A stretch of DNA of 64,000 nt from Pseudomonadales bacterium (GTDB lineage: Bacteria > Pseudomonadota > Gammaproteobacteria > Pseudomonadales > IMCC2047): positions 1,735-65,734 of the forward strand of contig JBALXL010000002.1 of NCBI GenBank assembly GCA_036960805.1, read 5' to 3'. Of this stretch, positions 11,455 to 21,709 are shown piece after piece. Numbering within the stretch: the stretch's first letter is position 1; each line of letters opens with the position of its first letter. The translations under genes were made by a program, and so were the position numbers. The notes beneath the pieces are model-generated. The model had not been told where the DNA came from, searched no databases, and saw nothing but the letters and a program-made list of their open reading frames with translations.

Positions 11455-12858
11455 ATGAGCACACACACCGTACTACTGGTTGATGACGAACCCGATATCC
11501 TGGAATTGCTCTCCATTACGTTAATGCGCATGGATATAGCCACCAAGCAAGCCGCCACCATCGCTGACGCTCATCTACTATTAGCCAACCAGCGATTTGA
11601 TTTATGTCTTACGGATATGCATTTGCCCGACGGCAACGGTCTTGATTTAGTCGCCCATATTCAACAACAGCACGTTAACCTGCCCGTCGCTGTCATCACT
11701 GCCTTTGGTAGTATTGAAACAGCTATTGATGCCCTTAAATTAGGCGCTTTCGATTTTGTTTCCAAACCGGTGGAATTACCGCGTTTACGTGACATGGTCC
11801 AGCAGGCACTCAAAATAAAACCGGTTGCAGAAGTTTCCAAAAACATTGAGAAGAATGCCAGCGAACTGCTCGGTCAATCGCCAGCGATAGAACAACTGCG
11901 CAGCCAAATCGGCAAAGTATCTCGCAGCCAGGCACCGGTTTACATCAGCGGCGAGTCAGGTTCAGGCAAGGAGTTGGTAGCACGGCTAATTCACCAACTC
12001 AGCCCCCGTGCAGACGCCCCCTTTGTACCCGTTAACTGTGGCGCAATCCCCAGCGAACTAATGGAAAGCGAGTTTTTTGGTCACAAAAAAGGCAGTTTCA
12101 CTGGCGCTATTGCAGATAAAATTGGTTTATTTCAAAGCGCCCAAGGCGGCACGTTATTTCTCGATGAGGTAGCGGACTTACCACTGCATATGCAGGTCAA
12201 ATTATTAAGAGCCATTCAGGAAAAATCCGTACGTCCCGTGGGTTCGGAAAAAGAAGAGCCTACTAATATTCGAATTTTGAGCGCCACCCATAAAGATCTT
12301 GCCAAAGAAGTAGACGCCGGACACTTCCGCCAGGATATGTTCTATCGCATTAACGTCATTGAAATTAATGTACCCAGCCTGCGTCAACGCCAGGAAGATA
12401 TCGCTCTACTGGCAAATCACTTTTTGAACAAACTAGCCGCGCCTAACGGCGAGGCAATCACCCAATTAAGCCCTCCAGCCCAAGCGGCCCTGCAGAGCTA
12501 CCATTTTCCCGGCAACGTGCGCGAGCTGGAAAACACACTGGAACGCGCCTACACCCTCTGTGAAAACAATGTAATTGATGTCGCAGATTTACAACTCCGA
12601 CCAACACAGACAAGTGTTAGTACGTCCGCAACTGAAAACATTCAGATAGACCACAACCAAAGCAATGCCGCTAAACACACACCATTGGCCAGCTCACCCA
12701 GCGACTCATCGCTGGATAGCTATCTGGAAGAGGTTGAGAAACAGGCCATTCTTAAGGCCCTTGATGAAACGCGCTGGAATCGAACTGCTGCAGCCGAGAA
12801 GCTTGGCATCTCTTTTCGCCAGATACGCCACCGTTTGAAAAAGTTTGGCATCGAGTAA
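11455..12858 (+). CDS. pilR: Sigma54-dependent response regulator PilR
   Basis: REC domain, GESGSGKE, GSFTGA loop, Fis-type HTH ending WNRTAAAEKLGISFR. Confidence 0.92.
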   Translation: MSTHTVLLVDDEPDILELLSITLMRMDIATKQAATIADAHLLLANQRFDLCLTDMHLPDGNGLDLVAHIQQQHVNLPVAVITAFGSIETAIDALKLGAFDFVSKPVELPRLRDMVQQALKIKPVAEVSKNIEKNASELLGQSPAIEQLRSQIGKVSRSQAPVYISGESGSGKELVARLIHQLSPRADAPFVPVNCGAIPSELMESEFFGHKKGSFTGAIADKIGLFQSAQGGTLFLDEVADLPLHMQVKLLRAIQEKSVRPVGSEKEEPTNIRILSATHKDLAKEVDAGHFRQDMFYRINVIEINVPSLRQRQEDIALLANHFLNKLAAPNGEAITQLSPPAQAALQSYHFPGNVRELENTLERAYTLCENNVIDVADLQLRPTQTSVSTSATENIQIDHNQSNAAKHTPLASSPSDSSLDSYLEEVEKQAILKALDETRWNRTAAAEKLGISFRQIRHRLKKFGIE

Positions 12859-12860
12859 CG

Positions 12861-13229
12861 ATGAAAGCTTATATAAATAGCCTAAACCCGGATGATGAAT
12901 TTTATATCGCCGAAAGATGCTTTATCACGGAGCTGTCCAACAGCCCAGATGATCCCGACGTCTCCATCGCCAAGGCTAGAATTGAGCCCGGCGTCACCAC
13001 GGCCTGGCATCGTCTAAAGGACACCACCGAACGCTACGTACTAATCAGCGGCAAAGGACTTGTCGAAGTGGGTGACCTGCCCGCCAAAGAAGTCACTTTC
13101 GGCGATACGGTGATTATTCCAGCCATGTGCCGCCAACGAATCACTAATACGGGTTCAGAGGATTTGATCTTTTTAGCGATTTGCTCGCCGCGGTTTTTAG
13201 TAGATTGTTATGAAGAGCTCAGCGAATAA
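12861..13229 (+). CDS. Cupin-domain protein
   Basis: PGVTTAWH...ERY...G.G, IPAMCRQRITNTG cupin motifs; 2 bp after pilR. Confidence 0.85.
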   Translation: MKAYINSLNPDDEFYIAERCFITELSNSPDDPDVSIAKARIEPGVTTAWHRLKDTTERYVLISGKGLVEVGDLPAKEVTFGDTVIIPAMCRQRITNTGSEDLIFLAICSPRFLVDCYEELSE

Positions 13230-13235
13230 AGCTTA

Positions 13236-13374
13236 GAGATCTTTGCACGAGCCGGAATTTTGTTTACTGGCAAGGAAAAAACGCACGGAATGAGGGAGTT
13301 TATGTTTATAAATGACCGATTGAGTACATTTTTAACACCGTCAGAAAGCAAAAGAACAATCGTGCAAAGGTCTC
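13236..13374. mobile_element. 139-bp MITE with IS5-family (IS1106-like) terminal inverted repeats
   Basis: Left end GAGATCTTTGCACGA (13236-13250); right end TCGTGCAAAGGTCTC (13360-13374, reverse complement GAGACCTTTGCACGA); 14/15 match; no credible ORF; internal imperfect palindrome. Confidence 0.75.
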
Positions 13375-13402
13375 CCTTTGATAAAAGCTCACCCAAAAGT
13401 CA

Positions 13403-14350
13403 TTAACCAACCGGCTTAAGTCGCAACTCTTTAGGCAATGAGAAAGTAATATTTTCTTCTCGCCCTGCCAACTCCTCAGGCACCGTTGCACCGCACTCCT
13501 GCAACCGTTCTATCACCTGATCCACCAAAATCTGTGGCGCTGATGCCCCAGCAGTCACACCTATTTGAGACACACCTTCCAGCCATTCCGACTCGATTTC
13601 TGTGGCGTCGTTAATCAGATAAGCGGGCGTTCCCAACCGATCCGACAGTTCACGTAGTCGATTGGAATTTGAGCTATTTGCTGCCCCCACCACCAAGACA
13701 AGATCAGATTCATCAGCCAGCACTTTCACCGCATCCTGACGGTTCTGGGTGGCATAACAAATATCATCCTTGCGCGGGCCTTCAATATTCGGAAAGCGAT
13801 CGCGTAGGGCGTCAATAATCTCGGCGGTATCATCCATTGAAAGAGTGGTTTGAGTCACAAAGGCCAGATGATCCGGGTTTTTAACCGGCAATTCGGCAAT
13901 ACCAGCCACGTCCTGTACCAGATACATATCACCACCTTGTTTGTGGTCATATTGCCCCATAGTACCTTCCACTTCTGGATGGCCTGCATGACCAATCAAA
14001 ATACATTCCTGCCCTTCACGGCTAAATTTGGTCACTTCCATATGTACTTTTGTTACCAGCGGACAGGTGGCATCAAATATCTTTAAGCCACGTTGTTCTG
14101 CTTCATTTTTAACCGCCTGCGACACGCCATGAGCACTAAATATCACCAGCGCGTCATCAGGTATTTCATTAATCTCTTCAACAAAAATTGCACCACGTTT
14201 ACGTAAATCATCCACTACGTAGCGGTTATGTACCACTTCGTGACGTACGTAAACAGGCGCGCCAAAAATCTCCAGTGCCCGATTAACAATTTCAATGGCA
14301 CGATCAACACCGGCACAGAAGCCGCGAGGATTGGCGAGTTTAATTTTCAT
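13403..14350 (-). CDS. ispH: 4-hydroxy-3-methylbut-2-enyl diphosphate reductase
   Basis: [21 protein letters not shown] Cys motifs, NSSNS. Confidence 0.98.
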   Translation of the reverse strand: MKIKLANPRGFCAGVDRAIEIVNRALEIFGAPVYVRHEVVHNRYVVDDLRKRGAIFVEEINEIPDDALVIFSAHGVSQAVKNEAEQRGLKIFDATCPLVTKVHMEVTKFSREGQECILIGHAGHPEVEGTMGQYDHKQGGDMYLVQDVAGIAELPVKNPDHLAFVTQTTLSMDDTAEIIDALRDRFPNIEGPRKDDICYATQNRQDAVKVLADESDLVLVVGAANSSNSNRLRELSDRLGTPAYLINDATEIESEWLEGVSQIGVTAGASAPQILVDQVIERLQECGATVPEELAGREENITFSLPKELRLKPVG

Positions 14351-14377
14351 AGCATTACCGCTTCATTTACCCAATCT

Positions 14378-14399
14378 GTAGGCAGGACTTAAGCCTAAC
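14378..14399 (+). repeat. Degenerate single GTAG-type REP
   Basis: GTAGGCAGGACTTAAGCCTAAC is 17/22 identical to the REP unit GTAGGTAAGGCTTTAGCCTTAC reconstructed from the elements at 15395 and 53037. Confidence 0.5.
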
Positions 14400-14424
14400 C
14401 CTCTGATTGATCAGTTATTCCGGC

Positions 14425-14883
14425 TTAAGCATCCAGCTTAATCGGCTCAACCGCCAGAATTTTTACATCAAACAATAAATCCTTGCCGGCCAGTGGGTGA
14501 TTAAAATCCACTTCCACTTTACCTTCATCAATAGCGACGATAACACCCGGCGTTTCTTGTTTGTTGGCATCGGCAAATGACACTACCAAGCCTTCGCTAA
14601 GCTCCATTTCCGGACTAAAAATATCCACCGACATGATCTGGCGGTTGTTGGGATTAGCCATGCCAAAACCTTTTTCCGGCAGGATTTCAAAACTTTTTTC
14701 AGCACCAGCTTCTAAGCCAATCAGCTGCTCTTCAAAGCCGGGTAGCAATTGACCATCGCCCACTACAAACACAGCAGGATCTTTATCAAAGGTGGAATCA
14801 ACTGTTTCGCCACTTCCCAGCCTTAATGCAAAGTGCAGGGTTATCTGCGTGCCCGGCCCAATCGCCAAATTATTGTCAGTCAT
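14425..14883 (-). CDS. fkpB: FKBP-type peptidyl-prolyl isomerase SlpA/FkpB
   Basis: VDSTF, GDGQLLPGFE, VDFNHPLAGK; lspA-fkpB-ispH order; start set at ATG 14883. Confidence 0.94.
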   Translation of the reverse strand: MTDNNLAIGPGTQITLHFALRLGSGETVDSTFDKDPAVFVVGDGQLLPGFEEQLIGLEAGAEKSFEILPEKGFGMANPNNRQIMSVDIFSPEMELSEGLVVSFADANKQETPGVIVAIDEGKVEVDFNHPLAGKDLLFDVKILAVEPIKLDA

Positions 14884-15376
14884 CGTTATTTTGTCCTGGG
14901 CGTGAAAGCCAAAGCGTATCAATTATCAGCATAATCGCGCCGATCGTAATCGCTGAATCCGCCAAATTAAAGGCTGGAAAATAGCGCTGCTGATAATGAA
15001 CAGAAATAAAATCAACCACATAGCCTAATACTACGCGGTCATAAAGATTACCCAGCGCGCCGCCCAGCACTAATGCCAAGGCGATCGCTAACCAAGTTTC
15101 GTGTGCTTTGAGGCGCTTAATCCACACCACCAACACCACACTAACGCCACCTGCAAGCAACGCAAACAACCAACGCTGCCAACCACCGGCACTAGCTAGA
15201 AAGCTGAAAGCCGCACCGGTATTATGCAACAGGGTTAAATCAAACACCGGCAACAGCTCAACTGGGCGGGCGTAGTCGAGCATCGCCGTAGCCAGTTGCT
15301 TTGTGACTTGATCCAGCACCACAACAAGGACGCTAATCCACAACCAAATCAGCTTACCGAATGATTGTGAAGTCAT
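14876..15376 (-). CDS. lspA: Lipoprotein signal peptidase II
   Basis: DQVTK, NTGAAFSF, GALGNLYDR, VVDFI, FNLADSAI; alternative GTG start at 15388. Confidence 0.96.
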   Translation of the reverse strand: MTSQSFGKLIWLWISVLVVVLDQVTKQLATAMLDYARPVELLPVFDLTLLHNTGAAFSFLASAGGWQRWLFALLAGGVSVVLVVWIKRLKAHETWLAIALALVLGGALGNLYDRVVLGYVVDFISVHYQQRYFPAFNLADSAITIGAIMLIIDTLWLSRPGQNNDD

Positions 15377-15394
15377 ATCCAACGCCACATTGAG

Positions 15395-15506
15395 GGTAAG
15401 GCTTTAGCCTTATATGTCAGACTGATGCCCGATACCCCAGGGCACCCTCTCTTGTGGTTAAGCCACAATTCACCTTGTAAAGCGGGGTATTCTGAGCCTG
15501 AGCTAC
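15395..15506 (-). repeat. Composite intergenic element, copy A (GTAG-REP hairpins flanking a 57-bp TACCCC...GGGGTA core)
   Basis: Reverse complement aligns with 53037-53146: identical 22-mer TACCCCGCTTTACAAGGTGAAT, plus GGTGCCCTGGGG, TCTGACAT and TAAGGC-[T/G]AAA-GCCTTACC. Confidence 0.88.
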
Positions 15507-15520
15507 ATAAAACACTCATA

Positions 15521-18331
15521 TTAGGCAAAAAGACGAGTCTCACCCTCACCGGCAATGTTGTCTTCACAACGCCCGCACAACTCTGGATGCTCGGCACTGG
15601 CGCCCACGTCTTCACGGCGGTGCCAGCAACGATCACACTTCTCATGCTCGGAAGCCTTAAGCCCAACACGTAAGCCTTCAACGTCAGTTTCTTCACCCGT
15701 GGAATCATCACCCACAACCACTTCAGCGGCGGAGGTAATCAACACGAAGCGCAGTTCGTTTTGCAATTGATCCAGTAGCGTTTTCAATTCAGGCGCGCAG
15801 TGCAAGACCACTTCCGCATCTAAACTGGAACCAATGTCGCCAGCTGTACGCGCAGCTTCCAATACCTTGTTCACGGCGTTTTTAACGTCCATGACTTGCT
15901 GCCAATCGGCTGAGCTAAACTGGCCACCATCAAGACGTGGCAGTTGATCATACCAATGCGCAACCCAAACAGGTTCGCTGTGTTCGCCGGGAATCTGATC
16001 CCAAATCTCATCAGCTGTGAAGCTCAGAATCGGAGCAATCCAGCGTACAAAGGCTTCGGATAAATGATACAAGGCAGTCTGCGCCGAGCGTCTAGCAATA
16101 CCATCAGACTTGGCGGTGTACTGGCGATCCTTAATAATATCCAGATAGAAACCACCCATATCGACCACGCAGAAGTTATGTAACTTCTGGTATATCTGAT
16201 GGAAATGGTAGTTGTCATAGGCGTAAATAATTTCTTCCTGTAACTGCGCCGCACGATCCAACGCCCAACGGTCCAGCGCCAGCATATCTTCAACCGGTAC
16301 TAGGTCAGTAGTTGGGTCAAAACCGTTCAAATTCGACAAGAAGAAACGCGCAGTGTTACGAATACGACGGTAGGAGTCGGCTGAGCGTTTAAGAATTTCA
16401 TCAGAAACACTCATTTCACCACTAAAGTCAGTCGCGGCGACCCATAGGCGCAGGATATCCGCGCCCAGGTCGTTAGCCACCTTCTGTGGTGACATCACAT
16501 TGCCCTTCGACTTGGACATTTTGTGGCCCTTGGCATCCACCACAAAACCGTGCGTCAGCACCGCTTTATAGGGCGCGCAACCATTGATCGCCATCGATGT
16601 TTTCAGCGAAGATTGGAACCAGCCTCGGTGTTGATCCGAGCCTTCCAGGTATAAATCAGCCGGGAATTGCAGGTTATCGCGTTGACGCAATACCGAGTGA
16701 TGCGTCACACCGGAATCAAACCATACGTCCAGCGTATCGGTAATTTTGATGTACTGATCGGCTTCGTCACCCAACAACTCTTTCGCGTCGAGATCAAACC
16801 AAGCGTCAATGCCTTCTTTTTCAATTCTGACAGCAACTTCTTCAAACAGGCGCGATGTTTCTGGATGCAATTCCAGTGTTTCGCTGTGTACAAACAGCGT
16901 GATAGGAACGCCCCAAGTACGCTGACGAGAAATACACCAGTCCGGGCTGCTATCGAGCATGCCATCGATACGCGCACGGCCCCAGCTTGGCTCCCAGCGA
17001 ACATTCTCAACCGCGCTTTTTGCATCGGCCAGCAAATTATTCTGCGTCATGCTCACGAACCACTGCGGCGTGGCACGGAAAATCAGTGGCGTATTAGTAC
17101 GCCAGCAATGCGGGAAGCTGTGCGTAATCTTGCTTTCACACAACAAACGACCCTGTTCTTTTAAGGTTTCAACCACCAGCGGATCGACTTTGTAAACGTG
17201 CTCACCGGCATACAACTCGGTGCTATCACGGAAGATGCCGTGCTCGTTGACCAGATTCAGCGTACCGATGCCGTATTTCTGACCAACCACAAAGTCATCT
17301 GCGCCGTGATCTGGTGCCGTGTGTACCGCACCTGTACCGGCTTCCAACGTCACGTGATCACCCAAAATCACAGGTACCTGACGATCATAAAACGGATGCT
17401 GTAGTTTCAAACCTTCCAGCGCTTCACCTCTGAACCGGCCAATCACTTCGTGGCTTTCAATACTGCTACGTTGTAAAACGCCTTCCATCAAACCTTCAGC
17501 CAGCACCATGCGCTCAACGCCTTGGGCTGTCTCACATTGAACGACTACGTAATCCAGTTCAGCGTGCAAAGATACCGCCTGATTAGAAGGTAACGTCCAA
17601 GGCGTTGTGGTCCAGATCACTACGCTCAACGGGCCTTCACCTGCGCCGCAATTAGCCGCGCTCAGAAATTCCGTCTCATCAGCAACTGGGAAGCGCACAT
17701 CGATAGAGAAGGAGACTTTATCCTGATATTCCACTTCGGCTTCAGCCAAGGCTGAGGCACCGACCACACTCCAGTACACCGGTTTGAAACCACGGTGCAG
17801 GTGGCCGTTTTCAACCACTTTACCCAGCGCGCGAACGATATTGGCTTCAACATCAAAGTCCATTGTCAGGTAAGGATTTTGCCACTCACCTAACACACCC
17901 AAACGAATAAAATCTTCACGCTGACCATTGACCTGTTTGCGGGCGTATTCACGACATTTCTGACGGAAGGTTTTGTGATCGACTTTAGTACCGGCTTTAC
18001 CGATTTTAGTCTCAACCTTGTGCTCAATCGGCAGACCGTGACAGTCCCAACCCGGCACGTAGGGCGCATCAAAACCACTCAGGGTTTTGGATTTAATGAC
18101 GATATCCTTGAGCACCTTGTTAACGGCATGACCGATGTGAATGTCACCGTTAGCGTAGGGAGGGCCATCATGTAGAATGAATTTTTCACAGCCTGCGCGG
18201 GCAGCACGAATTTTTTCGTACAGACCATCTTTAGTCCAACGCTTGAGCATTTGCGGCTCACGTTGTGACAGGTTCGCCTTCATGGAAAACGCCGTTTTTG
18301 GCAGATTCAGGGTATCTTTGTAGTTGCTCAT
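15521..18331 (-). CDS. ileS: Isoleucine--tRNA ligase
   Basis: HIGH, KMSKS, WCISRQR, C-terminal zinc finger CDRCW...CGRC (IleRS1 type). Confidence 0.98.
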   Translation of the reverse strand: MSNYKDTLNLPKTAFSMKANLSQREPQMLKRWTKDGLYEKIRAARAGCEKFILHDGPPYANGDIHIGHAVNKVLKDIVIKSKTLSGFDAPYVPGWDCHGLPIEHKVETKIGKAGTKVDHKTFRQKCREYARKQVNGQREDFIRLGVLGEWQNPYLTMDFDVEANIVRALGKVVENGHLHRGFKPVYWSVVGASALAEAEVEYQDKVSFSIDVRFPVADETEFLSAANCGAGEGPLSVVIWTTTPWTLPSNQAVSLHAELDYVVVQCETAQGVERMVLAEGLMEGVLQRSSIESHEVIGRFRGEALEGLKLQHPFYDRQVPVILGDHVTLEAGTGAVHTAPDHGADDFVVGQKYGIGTLNLVNEHGIFRDSTELYAGEHVYKVDPLVVETLKEQGRLLCESKITHSFPHCWRTNTPLIFRATPQWFVSMTQNNLLADAKSAVENVRWEPSWGRARIDGMLDSSPDWCISRQRTWGVPITLFVHSETLELHPETSRLFEEVAVRIEKEGIDAWFDLDAKELLGDEADQYIKITDTLDVWFDSGVTHHSVLRQRDNLQFPADLYLEGSDQHRGWFQSSLKTSMAINGCAPYKAVLTHGFVVDAKGHKMSKSKGNVMSPQKVANDLGADILRLWVAATDFSGEMSVSDEILKRSADSYRRIRNTARFFLSNLNGFDPTTDLVPVEDMLALDRWALDRAAQLQEEIIYAYDNYHFHQIYQKLHNFCVVDMGGFYLDIIKDRQYTAKSDGIARRSAQTALYHLSEAFVRWIAPILSFTADEIWDQIPGEHSEPVWVAHWYDQLPRLDGGQFSSADWQQVMDVKNAVNKVLEAARTAGDIGSSLDAEVVLHCAPELKTLLDQLQNELRFVLITSAAEVVVGDDSTGEETDVEGLRVGLKASEHEKCDRCWHRREDVGASAEHPELCGRCEDNIAGEGETRLFA

Positions 18332-18399
18332 GATTTATTCAATTTGCTCAGTTTCAATCGAAAACGTCGCCCTGTAGGGCGCGCTTGAAATAGTTTTTG

Positions 18400-19347
18400 C
18401 TAGCCCGCGCCAAAATGTTTGCGCGCACCGCTTATATCTAGCTGGATTTGCTGCTTCAGCGCATCCAAACCATCAAATTTTTGTTCGTCGCGGATTTTCT
18501 TACGGAAAACCACTCGGATATTTTCACCGTAAATATTGGCATCAAAATCAAACAGGTGAACCTCCAATACCGGCACTTTGCCGCCCACCGTAGGACGTAC
18601 GCCAACATTCGCCACGCCCTGCGCCAATTTACCTGCTTCCAGCCCAGCCACTTCAACAGCAAACACACCTTCCAGCGGGGCTTTTTTACCCTTCAATGCC
18701 AGGTTAGCGGTGGGCACACCAATGGTGCGACCTAATTGCTGACCGTACTTCACTCGTCCGGAGATCGAATACGGTCGAGCCAATAACTGTTCGGCCAGAG
18801 CAAAATCACTACTGTTCAACGCGTTGCGAACCGCCGTGCTACTCACCCGCTCACCGTTCATTTCCAGCGTGTGGGTTTTTTCGACACCAAAGCCAAAACG
18901 TTCACCGGCCTGCTCCAACATCTGAAAGTCACCGCTCTGCTGACAGCCAAAACGGAAATCGTCGCCAACAGTCAGGTGCTGAACACCCAGACTATCAACC
19001 AGAATATTTTTAACGAAGGCTTGCGCCGACTGACAACGTAGCGTTTCGGTAAAATGCAGACAAATCACCGTATCAACGCCAAACTCGGTAAGCAGGCGGA
19101 CTTTCTCACGAAACGGAGTCAATCGTGCTGGCGCGCCCTGACCCGCAAAATATTCCAGCGGTTGCGGCTCAAAAATCAACACCGTGGCTGGTAAATTCAA
19201 TTCACTGGCCTTTTCGCGCAGCTGGCGCAAAATCATTTGGTGGCCGCAATGCACACCGTCAAAATTCCCGATGGTCAGCACACATTGCTGAGCCGGAAAC
19301 TTACGCCGATAAACGTCTAAATTGTGCAGGCCTCTGATCAGCTCCAT
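18400..19347 (-). CDS. ribF: Bifunctional riboflavin kinase/FAD synthetase
   Basis: IGNFDGVHCGH, VSST, GRTIGVPTAN, VRPT. Confidence 0.97.
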   Translation of the reverse strand: MELIRGLHNLDVYRRKFPAQQCVLTIGNFDGVHCGHQMILRQLREKASELNLPATVLIFEPQPLEYFAGQGAPARLTPFREKVRLLTEFGVDTVICLHFTETLRCQSAQAFVKNILVDSLGVQHLTVGDDFRFGCQQSGDFQMLEQAGERFGFGVEKTHTLEMNGERVSSTAVRNALNSSDFALAEQLLARPYSISGRVKYGQQLGRTIGVPTANLALKGKKAPLEGVFAVEVAGLEAGKLAQGVANVGVRPTVGGKVPVLEVHLFDFDANIYGENIRVVFRKKIRDEQKFDGLDALKQQIQLDISGARKHFGAG

Positions 19348-19445
19348 AGTCTTCTTACGCGATTCGCCAAAAAACGCCGATTATAGCCTATCCACCTTGA
19401 TGCGAATACGGTTTTTCTGGCGTGAAGAAGTAATTTAGTCAGCTT

Positions 19446-21014
19446 CTAATGTCGCAAATGACGAGGACGAAGACCGCATACAACCAGCGTAACGAAATAA
19501 ACGGAAGCTCCAGCCACACATAAGATACCCAGCTGCCATGCACGCTGCCAAACCGACCATTCCAGCCAACTATCAGCGATACTGCCTAACCACAGAAGAA
19601 CAAGCACCATTGCGGCGTTAGCCACTAGCAACCTCAACCCTAAAGCACCCCAGCCAGCATGCGGCCGATAAATACCCATGCGGTATAAACCCGCGAACAG
19701 CAAACCTGCATTTAAGAAGGCCGATAGAGAGGTCGCCAGCGCCAAACCAGCATGCTGCAACGGCCAGATCAAAATCAGATTCAAAACCATGTTAGCGGCC
19801 ATCGCCCACATGCCTATTTTTACGGGGGTTTTAGTATCCTGCCGCGAGTAATAACCCGGCGCCAACACCTTGATCAGCATAAAGGCCAACAAACCCACTG
19901 AGTAAGCACGCAGACTCATCGCCGCCATCGTCACGTCATTAGCTGTCATCGCTCCGTACTGGAATAACGTCATAATCAGCGGCTCTGCCAAAACAAATAA
20001 CGCCAGCGCCGCAGGCAGTGCCAACAAACAAACCAGCTTCAGCGCCCAATCCAGCGTGCCGCGAAACTGCTCGAGTGAGTCACTCACATGCTGCCGAGAC
20101 AGACTTGGCAGTATCACCGTAGCAATCGCAATGCCGAATATACCCAAAGGCAATTCCACCAAACGGTCGGAATAATACAACCAGGACACACTGCCCGTTT
20201 GCAGGAACGACGCCAGCACGGTATCCAGCAGCAGGTTAATCTGACTGACCGACACACCAAACAGCGCAGGAATCATCAACTTAATAATTTGTCGCACGCC
20301 TTCGTGCTTACGATCAACACGCGGCCGTGGTAACAAATGCAATCGAGCAAGAAAGGGCAGTTGAAAAAGTAACTGCACCGTACCGGCGATTAACACGCCC
20401 CAGCCTAGCGCCATGACTGGGTTATCCAGCATCGGCGCCATCAAAAGCGCACAACCAATCAACGATAGATTCAATAGCACAGGCGTAAATGCTGGCACCG
20501 CAAATCGCCCATAACTATTCAATACCGAGCCGGCAAAGGCGGTCAGGGAAATCAATAATAAATAAGGGAAAGTCAGACGCAGCAAATCAGAGGTCAGCGC
20601 CATTTTATCTTCAAACTGCACAAAACCCGGCGCAAATAACATTGCAAGCAGTGGCGCGGCGATCATCCCCACCGCCGTCAACATGACCAACGTTAGACCT
20701 AACGTGCCGGACACATGATCGATCAGAGACCTTATTGCCGCCTGATCACGCTTACCCTGATATTCAGACAGCACAGGCACAAAAGCCTGCGCAAAAGCAC
20801 CCTCAGCGAATAAACGGCGCATAAAGTTGGGGATTTTAAAGGCGACAAAAAAGGCATCGGCGCTGGCAGAGGCTCCAATAAAATGAGCAATCACAATATC
20901 GCGCACCAAACCAAGAATACGCGACAACATGGTACAGCTGCCCACTACGCTGGTGGACTTCAGGTTAGAGCTTTTTTTAACGTCAGTTTTAGAGATTTTT
21001 TTATCTTCTGGCAT
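19446..21014 (-). CDS. murJ: Lipid II flippase MurJ (MviN)
   Basis: SRILGLVRD, AFKIPNFMRRLFAEGAF, many TM helices; start estimated at ATG 21014. Confidence 0.96.
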   Translation of the reverse strand: MPEDKKISKTDVKKSSNLKSTSVVGSCTMLSRILGLVRDIVIAHFIGASASADAFFVAFKIPNFMRRLFAEGAFAQAFVPVLSEYQGKRDQAAIRSLIDHVSGTLGLTLVMLTAVGMIAAPLLAMLFAPGFVQFEDKMALTSDLLRLTFPYLLLISLTAFAGSVLNSYGRFAVPAFTPVLLNLSLIGCALLMAPMLDNPVMALGWGVLIAGTVQLLFQLPFLARLHLLPRPRVDRKHEGVRQIIKLMIPALFGVSVSQINLLLDTVLASFLQTGSVSWLYYSDRLVELPLGIFGIAIATVILPSLSRQHVSDSLEQFRGTLDWALKLVCLLALPAALALFVLAEPLIMTLFQYGAMTANDVTMAAMSLRAYSVGLLAFMLIKVLAPGYYSRQDTKTPVKIGMWAMAANMVLNLILIWPLQHAGLALATSLSAFLNAGLLFAGLYRMGIYRPHAGWGALGLRLLVANAAMVLVLLWLGSIADSWLEWSVWQRAWQLGILCVAGASVYFVTLVVCGLRPRHLRH

Positions 21015-21140
21015 GAATAGCTGACACATTGAGAGTTTGCCGCATCATATCGTTATCCCTGTATTTTCACCAGCCAGCGACGGAAGAGGCAGGCGTCAAT
21101 TTAGCTTCAGTTACAACGTCAAGCACACAGCATATAAGCC

Positions 21141-21164
21141 CCCTCCCGTTCGGTCGGAATGACA
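21141..21164. repeat. Solo right half of a TGTCATTCCG-type REP
   Basis: CCCTCCCGTTCGGTCGGAATGACA resembles the right arm of the element at 43182-43250. Confidence 0.4.
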
Positions 21165-21277
21165 AAATACAGGATGTATCTCCTCGCCCAACAAGAGAAA
21201 TATCTTTCACGTACATTTTCCATAAAATAAGGTTACAATGCGCACCAGCAAAACACCCCGTTAAAGCCATAAAAGCG

Positions 21278-21306
21278 TTGACATAAAAAGTTTGACGAGG
21301 CATAGT
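21278..21306 (+). promoter_or_regulatory. Sigma70 promoter of rpsT
   Basis: TTGACA-N17-CATAGT followed by GC-rich discriminator TCGCGCCC. Confidence 0.65.
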
Positions 21307-21368
21307 TCGCGCCCTGAAATTTAAAATGAATTTCGACCCAATTTAATTATTCACCAAGGAGCCAAACT

Positions 21369-21638
21369 GTGGCAAACAATTCTGGATCTAAAAAACGCGC
21401 ACGCCAAGGAATCAAACGCCGAGCTCACAACGCAAGCTTGCGCTCAATGGTGCGTACTTCTGTTAAACAAGTAATCGCTGCAATCTCTGCTGGCGAATAC
21501 GAAGCTGCACAAGCTGCATTTGTAGCGGCAGTGCCTAAAGTTGACACTATGGTTAACAAAGGCATCATCACGAAGAACAAAGCTGCGCGCTGGAAAAGCC
21601 GCCTGAACACTAAGGTTAAAGCGCTTAAAGCTGCTTAA
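21369..21638 (+). CDS. rpsT: 30S ribosomal protein S20
   Basis: ANN..SKKRARQ...HNASLRS, KNKAAR; GTG start; divergent from murJ. Confidence 0.97.
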   Translation: MANNSGSKKRARQGIKRRAHNASLRSMVRTSVKQVIAAISAGEYEAAQAAFVAAVPKVDTMVNKGIITKNKAARWKSRLNTKVKALKAA

Positions 21639-21670
21639 TCTGTTCAGTCGCGCAACTTAGGTTGCCCGCA

Positions 21671-21705
21671 CATAAAAAAACCGGACATGTTCCGGTTTTT
21701 TTATG
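21671..21705. terminator. Bidirectional intrinsic terminator after rpsT
   Basis: Perfect 15-bp inverted repeat CATAAAAAAACCGGA-catgt-TCCGGTTTTTTTATG. Confidence 0.92.
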
Positions 21706-21709
21706 CCTG

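Noticed and set aside
15395..15506. Composite element as a hammerhead ribozyme or CRISPR repeat
   Set aside because: CTGATGC rather than CTGATGA and no matching core geometry; only two dispersed copies, no spacers and no cas genes.
15373..15717. 114-aa ORF spanning the ileS end and the repeat, and similar short ORFs at 13208-13491
   Set aside because: Out-of-frame overlap with real genes or with non-coding elements; no recognisable motifs.
21029..21303. ORFs in the murJ-rpsT spacer
   Set aside because: They overlap the rpsT promoter and a REP remnant and have no protein-like features.
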